A program made the translations under genes and the position numbers. Below the pieces are notes generated by a model, which saw only the letters and a program-made list of their open reading frames with translations, was not told the DNA's origin and did not search any database. Below, in pieces: positions 9,105-18,061 of a DNA stretch of 64,000 bases (within the stretch, counting starts at the first letter, position 1; each line of letters opens with the position of its first letter). This DNA is from Chloroflexota bacterium (lineage in GTDB: Bacteria; Chloroflexota; UBA11872; VXOZ01): assembly GCA_963663275.1 (NCBI GenBank), contig OY760183.1, forward strand, positions 2,112,001 through 2,176,000. The letters run 5' to 3'.

Positions 9105-11411
9105 ATGAACTCCCGCCGGTATATGTTGTTCGAACCGAACGAATTCGCCACCAGCGAGCAGCAGGTTGAGTTTCGGGGGCAGCACTACCAGCGCGCGGGC
9201 GCCGACCTGACGGTGCAGACGCGCGGCTGGCGCACTGACCGTCCCTACGGCCTGTGGCTGGGCGTGTCGCCGCATCCGGCGGAAGAACGCTATTTTGAAT
9301 TGGAACTCGATGGCAAGAGCGGCCGGGTGCGCCTGGATGCGCAGTTGCGGCCTGAGCCTGTGTGGACGCGGGTTGCCACCGTGACGCTGCGCGAGAGTTT
9401 CCTGCAACTGCGCGTCTCCACGCCGGGGCCGTCGCTGCGGGGCTTCTGCGGCGTCGTTCTCAGCGACGACCTTGCTTTGGAAGTACCCGAGACGGTGCGG
9501 ACCGAGGCCGACCTGCACGCGCTCTTCAGCGACCCCAGCGGGTTCAGCGAACTGACGCCGGATCGGGTGGTTTCCTGCTCGCGCCACGAATTCCGCATGA
9601 CGTACACCGTGGGCAAAGAGGGCATCGCTGTCGGCGGCGGCATCCTGGCGTTCGTGGAGGATTTGTTGTGGGGCAAAGATCACGTTCCGCAGACCGATGA
9701 TCCGCGCGGGCCGGGCTACGTGGCCGTATCCCATGAACGGAGCGGTCGCGTTGACATAACCGAGATCGTCGAGCCGGTTACCGGGCTGCACGACCGTGAG
9801 TATGGTGTTCGCGTCACCGTGTCTGAGGCGCCGCTGCGGCCGGGCGACACTATCACGCTCGTCTTTGGCGACCGCAGCGGGGGCGGCCCCGGCGCGCAGG
9901 CGAACGTTGTCTGCTGGACATATACCCACAACTACAAGCGCGCCTGGTGGCACCGCATGCCGGTGCTGACGGTCTGGGTGGACGCCCGCGCCAACGAGAC
10001 GTTTCTGCCGCTGGCGCGCGACCACGCGCACACCTTCACGGTGGTTACCGGCAAGCCCGCAAAGCTCGTGGTTACGGCCAAGGCCCATGCCCAGGCCGGC
10101 GTGCCCCACGACCTGAACGTAGCGGTGGTGGACCGGTATCAGGCGCTCGCCCAGCCGCCGTACACCGGGCTCGTGCGCTTTGCGTGCGACCGGGACGACG
10201 TGGAACTCCCTGAAACGGCTTGCTACCTGCGGGAGGGAGACGGCGGCCACTGCCGGGTGACGTGGACGCCGAAGGGCGAAGGCACGTATGTGATCACGGC
10301 GGAGACCGACGACGGCCTTTCCGGCGCGTCCAATCCGGTCGTAAGCTCCGCGAAACTGCCGGAACACCGCGTGTACTTTGGCGACATTCACTCGCATTCC
10401 CTGTATTCCGGCGACGCGGTGGGTGAGATTGAAGCACAGTACGAGCACGGCCGCGACGTGGCAAACCTCGACTTCATGTGCGCCTCGGAACATGCCGAAT
10501 ACGAGACGGACAACCAGTGGACGGCCAACCAGATTCTCGTGCAACGCTACCACAAGCCGGGCGAATTCGTGCCGATCAGCGGCTTCGAGTGGGCGTACTC
10601 GGACGCGGATGGTGAGGGACACGGCCTGGGGCACCGCAACGTGTACAGCGAGAACGACTATCATCGGCTTCTGCGCGGCAGCGACGTGGCCACGGCAAAT
10701 CTCGAGCGCGTGTGGCAGCATCTGGAAGGCCGTGAGGACGTGCTGGCGTTTGGACACCATCCTTTGATGGCGCTTCGCTGGCACCAGCACAATCCCAAAT
10801 ACGAGCGGTTGTTGGAGATGTACTCCGGTTGGGGCAACTCGGAGATTCGCGGCAACCCGCGCCAGCCGTGGAAGGGCCAGAAGGGCCTCTCCTTGCAGGA
10901 AGTGCTTGCCATGGGCTCGCGCGTGGGCGTGATCGCCGGCAGCGACAACCACGACGCGCGTCCCGGCTATGCGGGCATCGGCGAGCAGTTCAGCAAGTCG
11001 GTGGCCGACGTGATTTGGAAGCCGTCGGGACTGGCGGTGGTGTGGGCGACCGGCCTCACGCGCAAGGAGATCTTCGATGCCTGGCGGGCGCGGCGCACGT
11101 ACGGCACCTCCGGTCAGCGCATTTTGCTCTCGTTCAAGGTGAACGGTCACTGGATGGGATCGGATATTGCCCTTGCGGCCAGCGACCCGCGCCGGCTCGT
11201 CGCAAACGTCATCGGCACCGCGCCGCTCAGCAGCGTGACGGTGATCAAGAACAATGAAGACGTGCACGTGTGGGAGAATCCGGTTCACGGGGCTGACCTG
11301 GTGTGGGAAGATTCCGCTGAAGCGAGCACGGGAGATTACTATTACGTGCGCGTGACGCAGGAGGATGAGGAAATGGCGTGGTCGAGCCCGGTGTGGTTAG
11401 ATGTGACGTAA
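9105..11411 (+). CDS. PHP-fold metallohydrolase (DUF3604 / CehA-McbA-like) with long N-terminal beta-sandwich region
   Basis: YFGDIHSHS, DFMCASEH, GFEW, GHRNV, GSDNH, RRTYGTSG, YYYVRV..AWSSPVW; AAGGAG RBS. Confidence 0.75.
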   Translation: MNSRRYMLFEPNEFATSEQQVEFRGQHYQRAGADLTVQTRGWRTDRPYGLWLGVSPHPAEERYFELELDGKSGRVRLDAQLRPEPVWTRVATVTLRESFLQLRVSTPGPSLRGFCGVVLSDDLALEVPETVRTEADLHALFSDPSGFSELTPDRVVSCSRHEFRMTYTVGKEGIAVGGGILAFVEDLLWGKDHVPQTDDPRGPGYVAVSHERSGRVDITEIVEPVTGLHDREYGVRVTVSEAPLRPGDTITLVFGDRSGGGPGAQANVVCWTYTHNYKRAWWHRMPVLTVWVDARANETFLPLARDHAHTFTVVTGKPAKLVVTAKAHAQAGVPHDLNVAVVDRYQALAQPPYTGLVRFACDRDDVELPETACYLREGDGGHCRVTWTPKGEGTYVITAETDDGLSGASNPVVSSAKLPEHRVYFGDIHSHSLYSGDAVGEIEAQYEHGRDVANLDFMCASEHAEYETDNQWTANQILVQRYHKPGEFVPISGFEWAYSDADGEGHGLGHRNVYSENDYHRLLRGSDVATANLERVWQHLEGREDVLAFGHHPLMALRWHQHNPKYERLLEMYSGWGNSEIRGNPRQPWKGQKGLSLQEVLAMGSRVGVIAGSDNHDARPGYAGIGEQFSKSVADVIWKPSGLAVVWATGLTRKEIFDAWRARRTYGTSGQRILLSFKVNGHWMGSDIALAASDPRRLVANVIGTAPLSSVTVIKNNEDVHVWENPVHGADLVWEDSAEASTGDYYYVRVTQEDEEMAWSSPVWLDVT

Positions 11412-11460
11412 CCGGGCGGGTGTCTTCGCTTCGAGTTGCCTGGAAACATCACGCAATAGA

Positions 11461-11521
11461 CAGCGGGACTTGACACACAGCGGGCACGCTTTTGGCAGCG
11501 GGGACTCGATAGGCAGCGGGG
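11461..11521. repeat. Four CAGCGGG direct repeats at 17-18 bp period
   Basis: Starts at 11461, 11478, 11496 and 11514. Confidence 0.6.
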
Positions 11522-11565
11522 ATGTGTGAAACTTCCGCTCCGCCGTCGGCCATTCCCTTTCGTGG

Positions 11566-11714
11566 GCTGACAGGGCCAGGCAATCTTGAATAAGCTAAAC
11601 GTGTCATTCCGAGCGGAGCCCAGCGGAGAGAGGAATCTAGAGTGGGGACCCGCAGATTAGACAATTCTAGATTCCTCGCTCCGCTCGGAATGACAGTTGC
11701 CGACCCCAGTCAGA
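11566..11714. mobile_element. Inner MITE copy C
   Basis: Ends GCTGACAGGG / CCCAGTCAGA; flanks CTTTCGTGG / CTCTCGTGG (8/9); internal REP doublet. Confidence 0.7.
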
Positions 11715-11758
11715 CTCTCGTGGGGGAGTAAAGGATACCCTCTACGCTGTCGGCAATT

Positions 11759-11792
11759 CCCTCTCCTGGGGGAGAGGGTTAGGGTGAGGGGG
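11759..11792. repeat. CCCTCTCC..GGAGAGGG..GGGTGAGGG palindromic repeat
   Basis: Same family as the doublet at 58379-58483. Confidence 0.7.
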
Positions 11793-11901
11793 AGTCTTAT
11801 AGAGCTTCACCAGCATGGGAAATGCAGCCCTGAGCGAGAAGGCGTAATGCGGCAGCAGCAACAGTCGCGGCTACCCAAAGCACCACAAGGAAACCAGACC
11901 A

Positions 11902-12579
11902 ATGGCAAACCCAATACTTCCTCCGCTCCCTAGTTACACCTGCCGCCGCGCCGCGTCACCGCTCACCATAGACGGCGCGCTGGACGAACCGGCGTGGGAG
12001 CAGGCTGAGCAGATGCATCTCGTCGAGACCGTCAGCGGCGATGAGCCGCGTTATCCCACGGTGGTGCGCGCGCTCTGGGACGACACGTACCTCTACGTAG
12101 GCTTCGAGTCGGAAGATCCCTATATATGGGGTACGTTGAAAGAGCGGGACGAACCTCTCTGGGATGAGGAAGTGGTGGAGGTCTTTCTGGACGACGACTG
12201 CGACGAGTGGTCGTTTCTCGAGTTTGAGGTCAGTCCGAACAACGTGATTGTAGACCTCGCCGTCTTCCGGCGCGGCGGCAAGAGCCACGAACTGCTCTGC
12301 TGGGATTGCCCGGACCTGCAAACGGCGGTGCAGGTGGACGGCGAGGTAAACTCCTTCAACGGGACCGACACCTCCTGGACCACCGAAATCGCCATCCCTT
12401 TCGACCAGTGCATGACCGCGCCCCACATCCCGCCCCGCCACGGCGACCGCTGGCGCGCCAACTTCTACCGCATCGACCGCGCCCACGACGCCGACGAATA
12501 CACCGCCTGGTCCCCCACCGGCGAAATCCAGTTCCACATGCCGAACCGGTTCGGGTACGTGGTGTTCAGCGAGGAGTAG
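11902..12579 (+). CDS. Carbohydrate-binding family 9-like (DOMON/CBM9) protein
   Basis: IDGALDEPAW, WDDTYLYV, VEVFLD, WTTEIAIPF, WRANFYR, WSPT..FHMPNRFG. Confidence 0.85.
   Translation: MANPILPPLPSYTCRRAASPLTIDGALDEPAWEQAEQMHLVETVSGDEPRYPTVVRALWDDTYLYVGFESEDPYIWGTLKERDEPLWDEEVVEVFLDDDCDEWSFLEFEVSPNNVIVDLAVFRRGGKSHELLCWDCPDLQTAVQVDGEVNSFNGTDTSWTTEIAIPFDQCMTAPHIPPRHGDRWRANFYRIDRAHDADEYTAWSPTGEIQFHMPNRFGYVVFSEE
12506..12579 (+). repeat. 74-bp direct repeat copy 1 (3' end of the CBM9-like gene)
   Basis: 71/74 identical to 14395-14468; ends at the TAG stop. Confidence 0.95.
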
Positions 12580-12704
12580 ACCCCAGTGTTGCTTCCTGGC
12601 CCATGTAGCTAGCCACCGCGCCAAAGCCGTTAGACATCATGGCGACTTTCGTCGTCTGTCAGAGGTACGAACATGAGTGGGGAGTGAAAGGGTTGGTCTT
12701 TCTT

Positions 12705-14288
12705 ATGGCCACGCTTAGGCCGACAGTGTTGCTGCTCGCACTATTGCTGCTCGCAGTGGGAGTTGCGGGTTGCGCTGTAACGAATAGCAGGCAAGCCGCT
12801 ACCGGAGAAGAGGCCACCCAAGCGGAAGAAGCCGCCAGTGAGAAGCAAGAATCTGATCAGGATAGCAGTTCCTCTGCTGCGGAAAGACATAGACAGTCTG
12901 TCAATTTTAATCAATGTGGACCCCTAATGACTGCTGGTTGGTCTCCGAGGCCAAGTACGATGTTCCTGAGCTGGACACCGGACGGCGCCCACATCGTCTT
13001 CGCTTCAGAACAGGAAGACTGGACATATTCCGCAGGCCAGACCGCGGCCGGGATCTTTGTGGTGGACGCCGAAGGATCGCGTTTGCGCAAACTGGTCGAC
13101 GCAAATCCTGTGAAGGGTTACGGATTTGCGTACGGCTTTCATGCCGACCTTTCTCCCGATGGCACGCGGATTCTCTATACCTCCTGCGAATTCCCAACGG
13201 TAGTTGGCACAGACGGAAACCCGACAAGGGAAGCATCACGAGCGGACTTCAACTATGAAATTGCCGTCATCAATCTGGACGGATCCGGGCAGCAACGGCT
13301 GACGGAGAATCAATTCCTCGACCAATTTCCGGTGTGGTCGCCTGACGGCAGCCGCATCGCGTTCATCTCAGATTTTGCGCCTGGACGAACTACGGACCGT
13401 TCTAGTCCCCGGGCGCTCTACACCATGGCGTCGGACGGCACGGACGTGCAACGTGTGGAACCTTCCGGTATAAACAACGTGGCCTTCGCGCCGCCTCTGT
13501 GGTCAGCGGATGGAGAGTACTTCGCTTTTGTGACCAGGGACTGGCAGCTATTTGTCCTCAACACTATTTCCACGGACGGAGCCGGGGAGCGGATTCAGAT
13601 TGCCCCGGTATTGCATAAGCCGACGCGGACACTACAAGACATGCCGGCTCCCCTGCTGTCGTGGTCGCCTGATGGGAAGCAACTCGCTTATGCGACAGTA
13701 ACGGCGGAGGGTAGTCCCGACGCCGTCTCCACCGTCTATACGGTCCGTCCCGACGGCTCCCAAACGCAAGAGTTGCTGAAAGTCCCCGGAAACGTCTCCC
13801 ACGTCTTGTGGTCGCCAAGCGGGGAACATCTTGCTTTGGTGGCGTGGACGTGGCAAGACCGTTTCAACGGCCCGAATTACGTCCATATCGCCCGCGCCGA
13901 CGGCACGGAACTCGGACGCGTGCAGTTGCAAAGTCCAGAGTATCCCTGGTTTCTTCCACACATCTCATGGTCGCCCAAGAGGCCGGAATTGCTAGTCGTT
14001 GACGTGGCATTTAATCACGTCTTCGTCGTTCTGATAGAAGACGACAGTTTGCACAAAGTGGACCTGAGACGTAACCCTGAGGTCCGTTTCGCTGGGTTGG
14101 GCCCAGAAGATGCTCCCGTGCTTGCCGCCTGGTCGCCGGACGGGGAGCGCGTCGCGTACTATTTGCAGGTTGGATCCCCCAAAGCGCGGACACGGCTCTC
14201 CACGGTGGCGCGCGATGGGACAGACTGGCGCGAGTTGGTGAAGCCGGACGCCGACGGCAACGTCGTGCCAGCAAACCCGCCAGAATAG
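12705..14288 (+). CDS. TolB-like beta-propeller lipoprotein (PD40 repeats)
   Basis: Signal peptide with VAGC lipobox; repeated WSPDG motifs; start chosen at ATG 12705 within ORF 12639-14288. Confidence 0.8.
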   Translation: MATLRPTVLLLALLLLAVGVAGCAVTNSRQAATGEEATQAEEAASEKQESDQDSSSSAAERHRQSVNFNQCGPLMTAGWSPRPSTMFLSWTPDGAHIVFASEQEDWTYSAGQTAAGIFVVDAEGSRLRKLVDANPVKGYGFAYGFHADLSPDGTRILYTSCEFPTVVGTDGNPTREASRADFNYEIAVINLDGSGQQRLTENQFLDQFPVWSPDGSRIAFISDFAPGRTTDRSSPRALYTMASDGTDVQRVEPSGINNVAFAPPLWSADGEYFAFVTRDWQLFVLNTISTDGAGERIQIAPVLHKPTRTLQDMPAPLLSWSPDGKQLAYATVTAEGSPDAVSTVYTVRPDGSQTQELLKVPGNVSHVLWSPSGEHLALVAWTWQDRFNGPNYVHIARADGTELGRVQLQSPEYPWFLPHISWSPKRPELLVVDVAFNHVFVVLIEDDSLHKVDLRRNPEVRFAGLGPEDAPVLAAWSPDGERVAYYLQVGSPKARTRLSTVARDGTDWRELVKPDADGNVVPANPPE

Positions 14289-14394
14289 GGTACGCATCGA
14301 CGATCGTTGGCACGCTAAACTGGGGAAGGGAACCCAGAGACTCTCTTGGGATTTGGATGCCGAGCGGATATATTGGTCGGCAGTGTAGCATAAA

Positions 14395-14468
14395 CCTGGT
14401 CCCCCAACGGCGAAATCCAGTTCCACATGCCAAACCGTTTCGGGTACGTGGTGTTCAGCGAGGAGTAG
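14395..14468 (+). repeat. 74-bp direct repeat copy 2 (orphan copy of the CBM9 gene 3' end)
   Basis: Differs from copy 1 at 14407 (A vs C), 14432 (A vs G) and 14438 (T vs G). Confidence 0.95.
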
Positions 14469-14571
14469 TAATCCGACCCCGGCCGCAAATAAAAATTACT
14501 GCGACACTCGCATCCGTAAAACTGAGTGGCAATACATTAAAATGTGAACACTCAATTCTTGGGGGAGCGTC

Positions 14572-15975
14572 ATGATGCAAAGTCGAGTGCTTCAATGGTT
14601 GCTGAGGTTGCTCATGGTTGCGTTAGCTGCAAGTCTTGCTGGCTGCGAGACAAATACCCTTGGATATGTGGAAGATTCAACCACCGATAGGGTTGCAGAA
14701 GGGCGCAATGGGCGTATAGCAGATCTGTTCGGGCCTTGCGGCCCTAGGCATGAAGGTGCAGGCAGTTACTATTTTGAGCAGACTATGCAATGGACGCCGG
14801 ACGGCGCGCACCTCGTTTTCGATCACCTCGGGACGATACTAGTAGTCGATCGTGAAGGTACCCGGTTGCGTACGCTTGTCGATGTGGCTCCTCGCTACCC
14901 TATGTGGAAGCGTGAACCAAGTGTCTACTTCCCTCACGGAATCTACTTTGACGTGTCGCCGGACGGCGCGCGCGTAGTGTATACGTCGTGCGAATTCAGA
15001 AGGGAAGCCCCGCACGTAGATCCGGAGCGCGGCCAGGACTACTATGACTATGAAATCGTCGTGATAAACCTGGATGGTACCGGCAAGCGGCGTCTAACGC
15101 GTAATGCCGAATTCGAACACTATCCAGTCTGGTCGCCAGATGGCAAGCGCATCGCCGCCATTGGAGAGGAGATTATTACGATATCAGCGGACGGGACCGA
15201 AGTGCGGCAGGGGGTAGCACTCACGACATATGTAATGAGGAGGGAGAGCACCACGGACGTCGCTGTAGATGCGGAAATGTCGGATGTACGACAGGGAGAA
15301 GCGATACCAACACCTTCCCTTAGGGAGAAAGCCTACTACGTAACCTTAGTGCAGGCGCCGCCACAGTGGTCGGCGGACGGGGAGTACTTGGCAATCATGG
15401 CGGCCTATGAAGGGGTTCGTCTCTACACGATACGGACCGACGGGTCAGACTGGAGACGGGTCGCCGGCACGGTGGTTGGCGAAGCACCGCATCTTGCCCA
15501 ATCGTTCAGGTCGCTGAGGGGGCCAGTATTGCCGATGTGGTCGCCGGACGGGGAACTTCTGGCCTTCGTGATGGCTGATGAGGAGGGCGAGCCCGCCGGC
15601 GTCTACACGGTGCGTCCCGATGGCTCCGACAGATTTCAGGTGCTGGAAGGGCAAGGCACCGGGTGGCACGTCTCCCAAGTGTTGTGGTCGCCGGATGGTT
15701 CGGAACTGCTGATTGGCTCTGATAGTCACTTCTTCCTTGTCGCGCGTGACGGCAGCAACGCGCGCCGTGTGGAGCTTGCAACTCCCCTTGCCAAGGCTTG
15801 GCGCGTGGGGGCGTGGTCTCCCGATGGAGAGCGTATCGCCATTTACGTTCCAGGTGAATTCCATCTCCGATTGCCACCCCAAATCTACACCATTACCCGG
15901 GAGGGAACGGACTTGCGCGCCTTGGTCAAAAGAGGAGAAGACGGCTTCCTGGCGCCAGCAAATTCATCACAATAG
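14572..15975 (+). CDS. TolB-like beta-propeller lipoprotein, paralogue of the upstream gene
   Basis: LAGC lipobox; WSPDG repeats; shares CGP, WTPDGAH, YTSCEF and YEI.VINLDG with 12705-14288. Confidence 0.8.
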   Translation: MMQSRVLQWLLRLLMVALAASLAGCETNTLGYVEDSTTDRVAEGRNGRIADLFGPCGPRHEGAGSYYFEQTMQWTPDGAHLVFDHLGTILVVDREGTRLRTLVDVAPRYPMWKREPSVYFPHGIYFDVSPDGARVVYTSCEFRREAPHVDPERGQDYYDYEIVVINLDGTGKRRLTRNAEFEHYPVWSPDGKRIAAIGEEIITISADGTEVRQGVALTTYVMRRESTTDVAVDAEMSDVRQGEAIPTPSLREKAYYVTLVQAPPQWSADGEYLAIMAAYEGVRLYTIRTDGSDWRRVAGTVVGEAPHLAQSFRSLRGPVLPMWSPDGELLAFVMADEEGEPAGVYTVRPDGSDRFQVLEGQGTGWHVSQVLWSPDGSELLIGSDSHFFLVARDGSNARRVELATPLAKAWRVGAWSPDGERIAIYVPGEFHLRLPPQIYTITREGTDLRALVKRGEDGFLAPANSSQ

Positions 15976-16003
15976 GTGCAAGCAAGGATCCTTGCTTGCA
16001 CCT
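15974..16003. repeat. Perfect 30-bp palindrome
   Basis: AGGTGCAAGCAAGGATCCTTGCTTGCACCT, overlapping the stop of the second propeller gene. Confidence 0.85.
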
Positions 16004-16105
16004 TAGAATCTAAGTCGGTGAGTCGGGCAGTTTGCTTGGATTCTAATCTTAGCAATGAAGAGTTGGCGTTAGGCTTTGATTGACATTGGAGTAAAGGCGC
16101 TAGAC

Positions 16106-17392
16106 ATGCTGGATGCAAATGAGGATCTCCAGATTTTCGGCGGGACGCCCGCGGTGGCCGCGGGTACCGTGCAGCCGTGGCCGCGGGTGGCGGCGGCGGA
16201 CAAGGCGGCGGTGATGGGGGTGTTGGAGCGCGGCGTGCTGTGGGGGGCGGCGGCGCCGGAGGCGACGGCGTTGCAGGAGGAATGGGCGGCGTACGTGGGC
16301 GCGCGCCATTGCCTGGTGACGAACAGCGGCACGGCGGCCTTGCACATGGCGGTGGCCGCGGCCGGCGTGCAACCGGGCGACGAGGTTATTACCACGCCCA
16401 TGTCGTGGTCGTCCACGGCCACGTGCATCCTGCACCACAACGCCATTCCGGTGTTTGCCGACATTGACCCCGCGACCTACACGCTCGACCCCGCGGAGGT
16501 GGAGAAGAAGATCACGCCGCGCACGCGGGCGATTCTGCCGGTGCACCTCTACGGCCTGCCGGCCGACATGGACGGCATCATGGCGGTGGCGGAGAAGCAC
16601 GGATTGAAGGTGATCGAGGATTGTTGCCAGGCGCAGGCGGCGCAGTACAAGGGGCGCATGGTGGGCACCCTGGGCCACGTGGGCGCGTTCAGCTTCAACG
16701 GCAACAAGAACCTGCCCGGCGGCGAGGGCGGCGCGCTGGTGACCGATGACGAGGAGGCCTGGGACATGGCGGCGCGGGTGCAGCAGTTTGGCGAACGGCG
16801 GCGCACCGACGGCGAGCGCGAGTACAACGTCTACGGCATGGGCTGGATGTACCGCGGCACCGAAATGACCAACGCCTTCATCCGCTCGCAACTGACGCGC
16901 ATCGACGAGACCACGGCGCATATCCAGGCAAACGCGGCCTATCTGGATGAACACCTGGCAGGGATACCGGGTTTGCGTTTGCCCAAGGTACCGCCCGACC
17001 GCACGCATGTCTACTTTCGGTATGTAGCGGAGTTTGCGCCGGAAGAGGCGGGTCTGGACGTCGAACCGGGACCCGCCAGCGAAAAGGTCAGAGAGGCGCT
17101 GCGGGCGGAAGGCGTCGGCCTCGGCCGCGCGGAGTTCCTGCTGCCGCGCATGACGCTCTTCCAAGAAAAGGAAGGCTACGGCCGCGGCTGTCCTTGGACG
17201 TGCCGCTACGATAGCACGATTGAGTATAAGCCCGAGGACTATCCCCATGCTGCCAGTGCCGTGGATAGAATCATTCCGCTGATGGGGCTGACCCCGCCTA
17301 ACGATGAAACCCTAATGGCGGGCTACGTGCGGGCGTTTGAGAAGGTGTTCGGTCAGCTTGAGCGGGTGGTCACGATTAACGATTGCGGATGA
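16106..17392 (+). CDS. DegT/DnrJ/EryC1/StrS family PLP aminotransferase
   Basis: NSGTAALH, PVHLYG, IEDCCQA, SFNGNKNL..GEGG. Confidence 0.92.
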   Translation: MLDANEDLQIFGGTPAVAAGTVQPWPRVAAADKAAVMGVLERGVLWGAAAPEATALQEEWAAYVGARHCLVTNSGTAALHMAVAAAGVQPGDEVITTPMSWSSTATCILHHNAIPVFADIDPATYTLDPAEVEKKITPRTRAILPVHLYGLPADMDGIMAVAEKHGLKVIEDCCQAQAAQYKGRMVGTLGHVGAFSFNGNKNLPGGEGGALVTDDEEAWDMAARVQQFGERRRTDGEREYNVYGMGWMYRGTEMTNAFIRSQLTRIDETTAHIQANAAYLDEHLAGIPGLRLPKVPPDRTHVYFRYVAEFAPEEAGLDVEPGPASEKVREALRAEGVGLGRAEFLLPRMTLFQEKEGYGRGCPWTCRYDSTIEYKPEDYPHAASAVDRIIPLMGLTPPNDETLMAGYVRAFEKVFGQLERVVTINDCG

Positions 17393-17407
17393 ACGGAAGA
17401 AGCGACG

Positions 17408-18034
17408 TTGCTGAACCCTACGCTTATCGTAATCTCCGGCGCGCCGGGTACCGGCAAGAGCACGCTTGCCTGCAGGCTTGCCGAGGCGTTCCCTCTGCCA
17501 TGTCTCACCAAAGACGACATCAAAGAGCGGCTGTTTGACACGCTTGGCTGGAGTGATCGCGCTTGGTCACAGCGGCTGGGAGCAGCAAGTAACGAACTAT
17601 TGCTGTACATGGCACGGCAGATGATGGCTACTCAATCGCACTTCATTCTGGAGAGCGCATTCTGGGCAGAAAAGAGCCGGCCACAGTGGGCGCAGCTCGT
17701 CCAACAGTACCGCTATGCACTCCTTGAGATTCACTGCACTGCACCGCCTGCAGTGCTTGCTCACCGCTTCCATGAGCGTGCGCCCGATCGTCATGCGGGC
17801 CACGTTGACGAAGCCGCCCACGATGCGGTGATGAAGCAAATACACGGCGGCGTCTATGCTCCTCTCCGGCTTTCAACCACGGTAATAGAGGTAGATACTG
17901 CCGATTTTGCGCGTGTGGACTATACCGCCATCGAGAAAATAGTCCGAGCGCACCTGGAGCGTCCGCAAAGTAATGTGGAAGGTACAGTGCTAGCTACGGA
18001 GCAGGCGCCATCAAGTTGCCGGAGATTCGGCTGA
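17408..18034 (+). CDS. P-loop kinase-like protein (AAA_33-type)
   Basis: GAPGTGKS Walker A, KDDIKERLFD, RHAGH. Confidence 0.75.
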   Translation: MLNPTLIVISGAPGTGKSTLACRLAEAFPLPCLTKDDIKERLFDTLGWSDRAWSQRLGAASNELLLYMARQMMATQSHFILESAFWAEKSRPQWAQLVQQYRYALLEIHCTAPPAVLAHRFHERAPDRHAGHVDEAAHDAVMKQIHGGVYAPLRLSTTVIEVDTADFARVDYTAIEKIVRAHLERPQSNVEGTVLATEQAPSSCRRFG

Positions 18035-18061
18035 AAGAGCGCACGCAACGTGGTTGGCCGG

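Noticed and set aside
8139-11288. 1049-aa minus-strand ORF, and similar long ORFs at 4009-6165, 18539-20647, 36692-38629 and 42687-44405
   Set aside because: Antisense shadows of well-supported genes in high-GC DNA; no recognisable motifs.
12506-14468. Diversity-generating retroelement (VR at a gene 3' end, TR downstream)
   Set aside because: Two of the three mismatches are at adenines of the downstream copy, but three differences are too few, one is not at an adenine, and no reverse transcriptase or Avd is present in the window.
12629-16075. Integron attC/attI sites (GTTAGAC before propeller 1, GTTAGGC near 16068)
   Set aside because: No matching RYYYAAC inverse cores or attC-length hairpins, and no integrase; the heptamers are expected by chance.
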